From an uncultured virus (IMG/VR IMGVR_UViG_3300034520_000374) (taxonomy: Duplodnaviria > Heunggongvirae > Uroviricota > Caudoviricetes), in the IMG/VR virus record IMGVR_UViG_3300034520_000374: a stretch of DNA of 64,000 nt; one strand, written 5' to 3'. Positions within the stretch are counted from its first letter, which is position 1. Each line of letters starts with the position of its first letter. Under the pieces are notes generated by a model. It did no database searches. It worked only from the letters and a program-made list of their open reading frames with translations, and had not been told where the DNA came from. Positions 39,417 through 47,572 of the stretch are shown in pieces. The position numbers and the translations under genes are program-made.

Positions 39417-39426
39417 ATATAGTGTA
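39417..39426 (+). promoter_or_regulatory. ATATAGTGTA upstream motif, copy 3
   Basis: Identical 10-mer after a terminator. Confidence 0.45.
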
Positions 39427-39521
39427 GGTGCAAGGAATATGATTTATGGGGGGTGTAAAATGTAATAGCAAGTGTAGTATGGTGTACCTTCAGTGGTGAA
39501 TATTGAAGAAAATCAGATGAA

Positions 39522-39968
39522 ATGGAGGTAGACCGAATGTATAAGGAAATGGAGCGCAGAATGGAGAAGGACCTCAAGACTTTGTTTAAGAGTCTTATGT
39601 CGGAGAATCTAGGGTTAGATAAAGATGACCCGTCTCTAGAAGTAATGTATGAGAAGGAGAGTAAGAGGAGCCTCCAGGTTGGGTGTGTGCCTCTAAGTAT
39701 AAGTGAGTGTCTCAAGATTAAGGTTGTGGAGGAGTATAAAGGTCGTGTAATAGGTAAGCTGAATGAAAGGGGAGCAGATGAGGAAGTAAAAAATCGCGTT
39801 AAGAAATCATATGATATGCCCGATGTAGTTGAGGTTGTCAGTGAGAGTGGATTTAGTTATCAGGAGCAGAGGGACCTAATCGTAGAGAGTATATTGAAGG
39901 TCCTGGAGGAAGTAGGAGGGTCACCTGAGGGTCAGGTCAGAACATTGATGTGTTGGTTCTTAATCTAA
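39522..39968 (+). CDS. Hypothetical protein
   Basis: ORF with element-typical codon usage. Start position uncertain. Confidence 0.65.
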   Translation: MEVDRMYKEMERRMEKDLKTLFKSLMSENLGLDKDDPSLEVMYEKESKRSLQVGCVPLSISECLKIKVVEEYKGRVIGKLNERGADEEVKNRVKKSYDMPDVVEVVSESGFSYQEQRDLIVESILKVLEEVGGSPEGQVRTLMCWFLI

Positions 39969-39980
39969 GTAAATTAGGGG

Positions 39981-40024
39981 GTAATAGAGAAAGGCCTAGT
40001 TAATATTAGGCCTTTCTCTATTAC
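39981..40024 (+). terminator. 18-bp stem hairpin
   Basis: GTAATAGAGAAAGGCCTA-GTTAATAT-TAGGCCTTTCTCTATTAC. Confidence 0.7.
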
Positions 40025-40051
40025 GACCTAGTTAATTAAGGAGGAGATAGG

Positions 40052-40894
40052 ATGTATAAAGCATGGATGCGTGCTGTTAGAAGGGAAATAATAGACGAGA
40101 ATACTGTTTTAATTCACCTTAGCGGAGGCGATACTATACTTGCAGATGCAGAGGATGCATGGAGGTTAATGCGAGCTGAATACAGGAAGTCTTCTGAGGG
40201 TCCTTTATATATAACTTGGTATCCAGAGCAAGGAAATGATAACATGTATTTAGCTAGGTTTGTATTGAAAGGGCATGGAATAGACAAAACGGCCAGGAGT
40301 ACTATTCACGAGGACGCAAGAAAGAGATATTATGGCGAGACATTTTGCTATGACGTTAGGAAAAGTAAGATGCTCATATTAGATACTGGTGCTGCAGAGA
40401 ATACTTTCAAGGACCTTGGTGACGGCATCACTGAGATGACTGTCGGAGACCTTAAGGTATTGATTAGCGCCGAAGATGTAGATAAGGTTAAGCAGTATAA
40501 ATGGAGGGCTGTCTACAGAAAAGGAAAATTTGAGGGTATAGTAACAAATTTAAGTGGTCAAAAGGCAAAGCGTATGACACTTTCGAGTTATATATTGTCA
40601 CTGCAGGGTAAGGTGATAGACAAGTATTCGCGTGTTATCTATAAAAACAATAATAGGTTGGACTTTAGGAGAGAAAACTTGGACATTGGAAGTAAAGAGG
40701 AGTATCCTATAGTAAGAGGTAGGACGGGCCACAAAGGAATAGTTTATATTGAGAGAGATAAAAAGTACAAAGCATACATTAGCATTGACGGCGTTAACAT
40801 AGATTTGGGATACTTTGATACTATTGAGGAAGCAGTGCAAGTTAGAGAGCGAGCACTTAAGATTAAAGCTGAGAAGCTCTCTAATAAAGAGTAA
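40052..40894 (+). CDS. HNH-AP2 protein with a degenerate HNH site
   Basis: VIYKNNNRLDFRRENL, then an AP2 domain GHKGIVY..KYKAYISIDG..IDLGYFDTIEEA. Confidence 0.8.
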   Translation: MYKAWMRAVRREIIDENTVLIHLSGGDTILADAEDAWRLMRAEYRKSSEGPLYITWYPEQGNDNMYLARFVLKGHGIDKTARSTIHEDARKRYYGETFCYDVRKSKMLILDTGAAENTFKDLGDGITEMTVGDLKVLISAEDVDKVKQYKWRAVYRKGKFEGIVTNLSGQKAKRMTLSSYILSLQGKVIDKYSRVIYKNNNRLDFRRENLDIGSKEEYPIVRGRTGHKGIVYIERDKKYKAYISIDGVNIDLGYFDTIEEAVQVRERALKIKAEKLSNKE

Positions 40895-40912
40895 TAGCAG
40901 GAGGGATATCTC

Positions 40913-41608
40913 ATGCGTGCACTAAGGAAAGTTAGCATAATAAAAGTAGTTGAACTACGTGATTGTTCTTTGATTATGTTCGATAATGACGCAGTAGTCT
41001 TGGTAGATAAAGAGGATGTGCCGAAACTAATGAAGGTTGAATTCGTACAGATAAAGAACAAGGTCTATGTGAAAGATATAGTTGAGGGAAAGCCAGTATA
41101 CTTATCGGTATATAAATACATTACCGGAGTAATAGATAAGCGGACCTTGGAGAAAATCATGGAGAAGCAAAGGAAAGTTGCAGAGGCAAAAAGTATAGGA
41201 TTAGCCATTCGGTCTGAAGCCACAAGAAGGAAGTGGCACAGCAAATTAGATAATAAATACGTCGATTTGAATAATGGCACTACCGAGTTGATTATCAACG
41301 GTAAGTATAGGGTACTGCTGGATACGGAAGACGTTGAAGAGGTTAAGAAGTACTCATGGGGAGTGAGATGTAACAGTGAAAGCGATTGCAAGTCACACGT
41401 AATAACTTATGTAAGAAACAAAGGTAGCAGCAAGCCACAATACAAGGTAGTAGGATTATTCAGATTTATAGCCAGTTTACACGGTTTGTATTTACCTGCG
41501 GGGTGCGGTAGAATATTTCTAAATGGGGACGTAATGGATTATAGGGGAGACAATCTAGCTTTTCGGTATGGCGGTAATATGTATTATATACATGGTGCAA
41601 AATTTTAA
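40913..41608 (+). CDS. HNH-homing-endonuclease-related protein, degenerate
   Basis: LLDTEDVEEVKKYSW and IFLNGDVMDYRGDNL motifs. Confidence 0.6.
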   Translation: MRALRKVSIIKVVELRDCSLIMFDNDAVVLVDKEDVPKLMKVEFVQIKNKVYVKDIVEGKPVYLSVYKYITGVIDKRTLEKIMEKQRKVAEAKSIGLAIRSEATRRKWHSKLDNKYVDLNNGTTELIINGKYRVLLDTEDVEEVKKYSWGVRCNSESDCKSHVITYVRNKGSSKPQYKVVGLFRFIASLHGLYLPAGCGRIFLNGDVMDYRGDNLAFRYGGNMYYIHGAKF

Positions 41609-41675
41609 GATAAAATTTTTAGATTTTTAGTCCTGTTCTTCGACCTTATAGTATAAAGAGTGTTGAAAGAAGTTT

Positions 41676-42025
41676 GGGGGTGAAAGGGTTCGACGGGGGC
41701 ATTGCACGGTAGGGATAGCGAGCCGAGGTTCCTGCTACCTCGTTAATCAGCAGGGAAGCAATAAACGCCAACGAACGCGAACTTCTCGCTGCTTGATTTA
41801 AGCAGCCGTCTAACTTGAGAGGCCCGCATCTCAAGATTGGGCGTCAAAATAGCGGGAGCCAGTTACACCTGAGCCTCAGGGTGTAACCCAGTATACGAGG
41901 ATACCGAGGCAGTTATCCTGTCGCTGGGAGGACTGCTGAGGGAAAGGTTAATACAGCGACTGCGCTCGGAGAAGTCCTTACTGTGATGCTTTCGGACAGG
42001 GGTTCGATTCCCCTCACCTCCACCA
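41676..42025 (+). ncRNA. ssrA: tmRNA, tag peptide (A)ANERELLAA
   Basis: 5' GGGGGTGAAAGGGTTCGAC and 3' GGGGTTCGATTCCCCTCACCTCCACCA, with a G3-U wobble in the acceptor stem. Tag ORF 41767-41796 follows ATAAAC. Confidence 0.96.
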
Positions 42026-42026
42026 T

Positions 42027-42102
42027 GGGCCCATAGCTCAACGGTCAGAGCATCCGGCTCATAACCGGCAGGTTCCAGGTTCGAGTCCTGGTGGGCCCAC
42101 CA
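42027..42102 (+). tRNA. tRNA with CAT anticodon, Ile2 (lysidine) type
   Basis: Cloverleaf GGGCCCA/TGGGCCC, anticodon arm CCGG-CTCATAA-CCGG and encoded CCA. Resembles Firmicute Ile2 rather than Met. Confidence 0.9.
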
Positions 42103-42169
42103 ATATCAATCATCCAGTTGGTAAGCATAGTTCAATTGCTGCGACAGACGTGAGGTTCAGGTAGTATAT

Positions 42170-42256
42170 GTCGGAGTGGCGGAATAGGCAGACGCAAGGG
42201 ACTTAAAATCCCTCGGTCCTACGACCATACGGGTTCAAATCCCGTCTCCGACACCA
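42170..42256 (+). tRNA. tRNA-Leu(TAA)
   Basis: GTCGGAG/CTCCGAC, AGGGA-CTTAAAA-TCCCT, long variable arm and CCA. Confidence 0.95.
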
Positions 42257-42268
42257 AACACGAGAATT

Positions 42269-42306
42269 TACGGGCTTAAATCCAGTGATATGGGTTTAAG
42301 CCCGTA
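42269..42306 (+). other. Hairpin in the tRNA spacer
   Basis: TACGGGCTTAAATCCA-GTGATA-TGGGTTTAAGCCCGTA. Confidence 0.65.
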
Positions 42307-42317
42307 TCAATACATAC

Positions 42318-42392
42318 GGGCCCATAGCTCAATGATTAGAGCAACCGGCTCATAACCGGTCGGTTCTAGTTCGAGTCCTGGTGGGCTTATCA
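42318..42392 (+). pseudogene. Degenerate second tRNA(CAT), Ile2-like
   Basis: Near-copy of 42027-42102 with a T-stem deletion, G-U pairs at the top of the acceptor stem and TCA in place of CCA. Confidence 0.75.
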
Positions 42393-42454
42393 AAGTCTAT
42401 CTATGGATGGAGTTCATGTTGATTTGATAAAACTACGAGAGGGGAGAATTGAGA

Positions 42455-42649
42455 ATGACATTAGAGGAGTTGTATGAGAGACTTAAACATGAAGGTAAGA
42501 AGATAGGGCAAGAGGCAAAAGCCGGAAATGAAAAAGCTAAGCATGTTATAGAGATGTATCAATTCCATTATAAATGTCCTAGTGACCCTGGTGGGCAAGC
42601 TTTCCTTATAGAGGCCTATAAGGAATACAAAAAGAGCTGCAGCGAGTAG
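42455..42649 (+). CDS. Small hypothetical protein
   Basis: GAGGGGAG RBS and element-like codons. Confidence 0.7.
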   Translation: MTLEELYERLKHEGKKIGQEAKAGNEKAKHVIEMYQFHYKCPSDPGGQAFLIEAYKEYKKSCSE

Positions 42650-42672
42650 AAAGAGGCTCGAGGTGAGGAAAG

Positions 42673-43407
42673 ATGGAGCACTGTACCACCGTACGCTTGG
42701 TTTCAGACTTCTGGGATTATTATGACCATTGGTTTGATGGCTATGCTGCAGAACTTGTATTCTACCGCCTGTCTTCAAGTGGCATGACTCGACGTGAGAT
42801 GCTTGAGTATCTACAGTCACTTGGTTTTCGGGTGCCAATCTTCGGTAGAACCAGCGATATCCATGATAGGTTACGTAAAAAACACAGATTTATTGGTTTT
42901 GACCATATCTTAGACGTTGTAGTATATCTGGATGACAGTGCTCACCGTGGCGAGGGGAAAATTAAGATTCCGCTACGTGATGCAATAGAAAAGTACCCTT
43001 ATCACCTAGCTACGGAGTATATCCCTGCTTTACCATCCGGCCTCGGGTTGAGCTGGCGGTACCTCCAGTTAGGGGATAAGGCGTTTTGGCTGGAGTATGC
43101 CAGTCGGAACGACTGGAGGTCGAACTACGGCGACGTAAGCATTAAGGTCCTATCTCGCGAGCGGGACGGATACTGTGCACGAATCAAATACCCGTTGTTT
43201 GCGGTGGACTTCGTTCCAGCCTATGGGCTAGGCCTGTTTGCAGTTGATTTCAACATAGCTCCCCAGGTCAGAGGTACTGGCGTAGAAGAGCTTCTGTCGG
43301 CTAGAGATGCGGCAGAGGCAATAAAAAAGGCGATATATTTAATTTGCCAAAATGGAGAGGTCCATGAGCACGGATTTCAAATTTGTGGTCCGAATATTGG
43401 AAGATAA
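42673..43407 (+). CDS. ATP-grasp-like protein
   Basis: HRGEGK, ATEYIP and C-terminal FAVDF...FAVDFNIAP motifs. Confidence 0.5.
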   Translation: MEHCTTVRLVSDFWDYYDHWFDGYAAELVFYRLSSSGMTRREMLEYLQSLGFRVPIFGRTSDIHDRLRKKHRFIGFDHILDVVVYLDDSAHRGEGKIKIPLRDAIEKYPYHLATEYIPALPSGLGLSWRYLQLGDKAFWLEYASRNDWRSNYGDVSIKVLSRERDGYCARIKYPLFAVDFVPAYGLGLFAVDFNIAPQVRGTGVEELLSARDAAEAIKKAIYLICQNGEVHEHGFQICGPNIGR

Positions 43408-43626
43408 TCTATATAAGGTCGAAAGATACACAGCAGGTACACCTGCTAGATGATATGGTGAATGGGTAGAAGCAGGAGGTGATAGGAGACTACCTGTAGC
43501 CTATTCAAATCCGGCTCGCCATTAGAGTGTTCTACACCGTTAAGCGTGCATACAAAAGCATATGCATATAGTTGATAGGCATTAGTTTGCGGCGTAGGAG
43601 CAGTCAGATATGACTGCTAACCTTAT

Positions 43627-43702
43627 GCCACCGTAGCTCAATTGGCAGAGCGGCTGATTTGTAATCAGCGGGTTGCAGGTTCGAATCCTGTCGATGGCTC
43701 CA
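43627..43702 (+). tRNA. tRNA-Thr(TGT)
   Basis: GCTGA-TTTGTAA-TCAGC, T-loop GTTCGAATC and CCA. One C-A mismatch in the acceptor stem. Confidence 0.9.
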
Positions 43703-43718
43703 GTTTAGCATAAGCTTT

Positions 43719-43795
43719 GGGGGAGTAGCTCAATTGGCTAGAGCGGCGGTCTCCAAAACCGCTGGCTGCAGGTTCAAGTCCTGTCTCCCCTGCCA
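43719..43795 (+). tRNA. tRNA-Trp(CCA)
   Basis: GGGGGAG/CTCCCCT, GCGGT-CTCCAAA-ACCGC and GCCA end. Confidence 0.93.
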
Positions 43796-43807
43796 TGTTT
43801 TAGCAAC

Positions 43808-44257
43808 ATGAGAGGTGGTCGCGTGAGCGTTAAAAATGTGCTAGAGTGCTCATCTCGTGGAGATAAGCGTTTTTCAGCACTCTATGCCGAGGTTGAGGTT
43901 TGTGGAAAGCGTGCTTCTATAGAGGAACATTATCAGCTAGCTAAAAGGTTTCCTTGGGCACCAAAGACATGGCATGAGGCAAAAGGCAGAAAGCCAGTTT
44001 ATCTTGAGATATGCGGACAGCAGTTTCCTGTCAGCTATCTTACATCCTGGTACGCACTGTTATGGTTGTTATATTTAGATGCACATCCAGAACTGGTTGA
44101 GTACGCTAAACAATTTGACGACTACTCAGATTGCTTTGCAAAACCTAACTGCAATAGTCAGGCAGACATGGTTAGGGTGTATGTAAGGCATGGTAGGGAA
44201 GCATTGTTAAGTCTGTGTAAGGATTTGTTATTGCAATTAAAGGGGTGTAAAATATGA
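43808..44257 (+). CDS. NADAR-superfamily-like protein
   Basis: LECSSRGDKRFSALYA..SIEEHYQLAK, YALLW..YL..HPEL and SDCFA..NSQA motifs. Confidence 0.55.
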   Translation: MRGGRVSVKNVLECSSRGDKRFSALYAEVEVCGKRASIEEHYQLAKRFPWAPKTWHEAKGRKPVYLEICGQQFPVSYLTSWYALLWLLYLDAHPELVEYAKQFDDYSDCFAKPNCNSQADMVRVYVRHGREALLSLCKDLLLQLKGCKI

Positions 44258-44742
44258 GTGATGCGTTGACTGATATAAACAGAGACATTGAAAGGGCTGA
44301 TTTAACAGAAAAATTTATAGAGGCATTAGCTAAGTATTTAAGTAACCCAACGGATGAAGGAAAGCAGAAGGTATTTACCTGTGCGGAGGATGTAGACAAC
44401 CTTAGAGGAGGCTATTGGACATCAAAGACTAATTTGCGCTCTTACATAGAAAGAAACCTTGATAACTTGATGGTTGGCGATAAAGAGACATGGATGTCAT
44501 TACTTTTTAGATTTATGGGGTATAGGAAGTACAAGAAGCTAAAGGAGCTGTCACCATTTAAGGATAATATTCTACTTATAGCAGATTATGGGTACGGTTT
44601 CGTAACATTTGAGGGAGAGATAGAAAGCGAGATTTATACGGCGTTAAGGGATAGGGGCTGTAAGGCATACAATGGTGAGACGTATATAATTGTGTTGCCT
44701 GACGATGTATTTAGAAATGCTAACATAGTGAGGGTGAAATGA
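44254..44742 (+). CDS. Hypothetical protein
   Basis: Start overlaps the previous stop codon (ATGA). Confidence 0.7.
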   Translation: MSDALTDINRDIERADLTEKFIEALAKYLSNPTDEGKQKVFTCAEDVDNLRGGYWTSKTNLRSYIERNLDNLMVGDKETWMSLLFRFMGYRKYKKLKELSPFKDNILLIADYGYGFVTFEGEIESEIYTALRDRGCKAYNGETYIIVLPDDVFRNANIVRVK

Positions 44743-44746
44743 GTCT

Positions 44747-45109
44747 ATGGTAGTATTGGTGTGTGGCGATAGAAATTGGGACGATTACGATACTATTAGA
44801 AAAGAACTTAAGAAGTTACCTAAAGGCTCAGTCATCGTCCACGGAGATTGCCGCGGAGCTGATAAAATAGCAGGAGAAGTGGCAATGGAGCTTGGCTTAA
44901 AGGTGATAGCTTTTCCAGCTGAATGGGGCAAGTACGGAAAGTCAGCTGGGCCTATAAGAAATGCCAAGGTGTTGGAGGAGACTCGTCCAGACTTGGTTTT
45001 AGCTTTTCATGATGACTTAGAGAATAGTAAAGGCACCAAAGACATGGTGTACAGGGCAGCTAAGGAGAATATCATGGTCAAAATAATTTCAAGAAGGAAG
45101 CTTGTTTGA
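44747..45109 (+). CDS. SLOG-superfamily protein (DUF2493/YspA-like)
   Basis: VLVCGDRN, IVHGDCRGAD, FPAEWGKYGKSAGPIRN and SKGTKDMV motifs. Confidence 0.88.
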   Translation: MVVLVCGDRNWDDYDTIRKELKKLPKGSVIVHGDCRGADKIAGEVAMELGLKVIAFPAEWGKYGKSAGPIRNAKVLEETRPDLVLAFHDDLENSKGTKDMVYRAAKENIMVKIISRRKLV

Positions 45110-45123
45110 TATAGCAGTGTGAG

Positions 45124-45153
45124 AATAAGCGCCCGGCAATGGGCATTTATTTT
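45124..45153 (+). terminator. Probable terminator
   Basis: GCCC-GGCAAT-GGGC followed by ATTTATTTT. Confidence 0.55.
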
Positions 45154-45212
45154 GTCCTCGCAAGACTCACTAAAGTATAAATATATAGAATGGTGTTAGG
45201 AGGTGAATTTAT

Positions 45213-46823
45213 TTGGCTGTTAAGTATCCTGTTATAAAGAACGGAATATACTATGGAAATATTCCTGATGACATAGCGGATGCTATTCTTACTATCAGGC
45301 AGCAGAAGGTAATTCCCGGCTTAAAATACCAGATTTTTGATTTTCCCCCTGAGCTAATAATGAGGTCATTACAGGAAGAGAGAAGCATTAGAGACATCAT
45401 TAAATCCGAAGGGATAGACTATACGCAGTATATAGGGGAGCTTAAGGACTATCAGACAGTTGGAACAGCATTTATGTATTTATCGCCACGCAGTATACTT
45501 GGCGATGGCGTTGGCTTGGGTAAAACAGCCGAGGTTGCAGCTTTATTAAATCTATTAAAGGAGCGTGGTGAACTGACCAGGTTTTTGATTGCGGTGGAGA
45601 GCTCAGCACTAGCACAGATACATTACGAGCTCATGAGGTTTACAGGCATGAATATCATACTACTTCCTTCTGAGTCCGAAAGGATGCGGGATGTAATCAC
45701 CAGCACAGACTGGAGGCTCGTTGACGGCGTTGTAACCAAGCATTCAGCCTTAAGGTCTGACATACTATCCAAATGGCTGGCACTTTATCTAGACGAGAAA
45801 GGCAAGAGCAAAATATTTAATACTTTCATTCTTGACGAAAGTTCTGTAGTAAAGAATGTGGAAACCAAGATATACAAGTATACGCTTAATATATGCAACA
45901 TAGTGGATAGGGTGCACTTCCTTAATGCTACAACCTTCGAGACATCAATAATGGACATTTACAACCAAGTAGATATGTTGAACGATACGATATTACCTAA
46001 GAGGTGGCGTATTGAGCAAGAATACTGTAAGTTCGGTAGAAAAAGCTATTGGGTGAAGGAGAACGGCAAGCCCGTAATGAAATTTGCAAGACAGTTAGAA
46101 GGATACAAGAACCAGCAGAAGTTCAAGGAATCACTTAAGTTAGTATACTTTGGGCGTTCAAAGAAGGACGTGGGATTAGAAAGACCGCACACTTACAAAG
46201 TTTATGAGGTAGAGCCTACAAACGAGCAATCGCTTGCAATGGCTAAAGGCTACCGTTATATGGAGGTACTCAACTGTCCGTCGCTTATTCCTGAGGCGAA
46301 AGTTCAATTTGACGTTGAGCATGTGCCTAAATTAAAGAGGCTTATACAGTTAGTGGAAAATGAGTTCTATGATGATAAAATTATGATTTACTGTTATTAT
46401 ATTGATGCACAGCGGAAAATAGCCGACGAGCTTATGAAAATTGGCAAAACGCCTGTGATAATTAATGGCGAGGACTCCGATGATGAAAGATGGGAGAAAA
46501 TGAAGGAATTTAATAAAGGCTCAGCAGATGTGCTTATTACCAATGTTAAGAAATCGCTAAACCTTTACGGTGGTGATGTATGCATTTTCTATACTGTAGA
46601 GACCAATCCGGCAAAAATGGAACAAATCAGAGGTCGTATAGACAGGAATGTGGACGACAGCATAAAAACGTATGTCATATTGGTCTACAGAGGTACGGAT
46701 GAATACAGGTTCTTGACCAAGGTTGTTAAGCAGAGGGCACAGGATGCCCGAAGCCTTACAATTGATGTCAAAACGGCAGTAGATTACTTTATGGAAGCTA
46801 TGGGACAGGAGGGAAAAGCATGA
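45213..46823 (+). CDS. SNF2-family superfamily 2 helicase/ATPase
   Basis: LKDYQ, GDGVGLGKT, ILDESS, ATT, SLNL and QIRGRIDR motifs. Confidence 0.88.
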   Translation: MAVKYPVIKNGIYYGNIPDDIADAILTIRQQKVIPGLKYQIFDFPPELIMRSLQEERSIRDIIKSEGIDYTQYIGELKDYQTVGTAFMYLSPRSILGDGVGLGKTAEVAALLNLLKERGELTRFLIAVESSALAQIHYELMRFTGMNIILLPSESERMRDVITSTDWRLVDGVVTKHSALRSDILSKWLALYLDEKGKSKIFNTFILDESSVVKNVETKIYKYTLNICNIVDRVHFLNATTFETSIMDIYNQVDMLNDTILPKRWRIEQEYCKFGRKSYWVKENGKPVMKFARQLEGYKNQQKFKESLKLVYFGRSKKDVGLERPHTYKVYEVEPTNEQSLAMAKGYRYMEVLNCPSLIPEAKVQFDVEHVPKLKRLIQLVENEFYDDKIMIYCYYIDAQRKIADELMKIGKTPVIINGEDSDDERWEKMKEFNKGSADVLITNVKKSLNLYGGDVCIFYTVETNPAKMEQIRGRIDRNVDDSIKTYVILVYRGTDEYRFLTKVVKQRAQDARSLTIDVKTAVDYFMEAMGQEGKA

Positions 46824-47554
46824 AGCTAAAATTAATAGTAATAGGTTTAATAGTGGTATTAATGCTGGGGGTTACCGGGTGCTCTGGGGGAAAGAGCAAG
46901 GCAGACCTTGAGCGCGAGAACGCAGCTATGTTGGACATGTTGAAAGAAAACGAGAACAAGATAGCTTCTTTGGAGGCTTTGGTTAAGTCATTAACTGGCT
47001 CGGAGCCGAAGAACGTTATCGAGAGCTTAAGGACAGATAGTATTAACGAGATAAACAAAGTGTTAATATTACCTGCACAGCTGGTGTATAAAGGGTCTAC
47101 GGAAGCCCCGGGAACTGGCACACTTAATATTTCGCAGAACGTGTCAATAGTGCCTTCGAATAACTGGGTGGTTAAGTCAAATGGGTCGACAGCAGAACTC
47201 GGGCACAAGAGCGGTATTTACGGAGTTATTAAAGTAGGCGCGATTAAAGAGGTGCTGCAGCCTGATGCCATCGAGAGCGATGTGCTTAAACCGTTCTACA
47301 GCAAGTTTACAACCAGCTCGTTATCTGTAGGGAACATTTTTGTTGGCGATATCTGCTGGGGTAAGCAGGTAGTAATGCAGACAAAAATAGGTGATTCAGA
47401 CGGAGTAGTTCAGGCTGGAGCACTTGGTATTGGTGGAACAAGCGTGGTTTACACATTTACCTATAAAGGGCAGTATGACTCCACGAAAAGCGAGCTTATA
47501 AATATCCTTCTTAAGTCAATGAAGGTGAACAATATGCCAGTCAATTTCAATTAA
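46820..47554 (+). CDS. Lipoprotein
   Basis: Lipobox VTGC after a hydrophobic signal, then a short coiled coil. Confidence 0.8.
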   Translation: MKLKLIVIGLIVVLMLGVTGCSGGKSKADLERENAAMLDMLKENENKIASLEALVKSLTGSEPKNVIESLRTDSINEINKVLILPAQLVYKGSTEAPGTGTLNISQNVSIVPSNNWVVKSNGSTAELGHKSGIYGVIKVGAIKEVLQPDAIESDVLKPFYSKFTTSSLSVGNIFVGDICWGKQVVMQTKIGDSDGVVQAGALGIGGTSVVYTFTYKGQYDSTKSELINILLKSMKVNNMPVNFN

Positions 47555-47572
47555 TAGCTTGGAGGTATAAAA

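Noticed and set aside
42027..42392. Duplicated tRNA as attL/attR
   Set aside because: The whole tRNA is duplicated rather than its 3' end, the enclosed DNA is only another tRNA, and no integrase is present.
43457..43515. tRNA-Sec candidate (TTCAAATCCGG)
   Set aside because: No matching anticodon stem or long acceptor stem. It reads better as a T-arm remnant.
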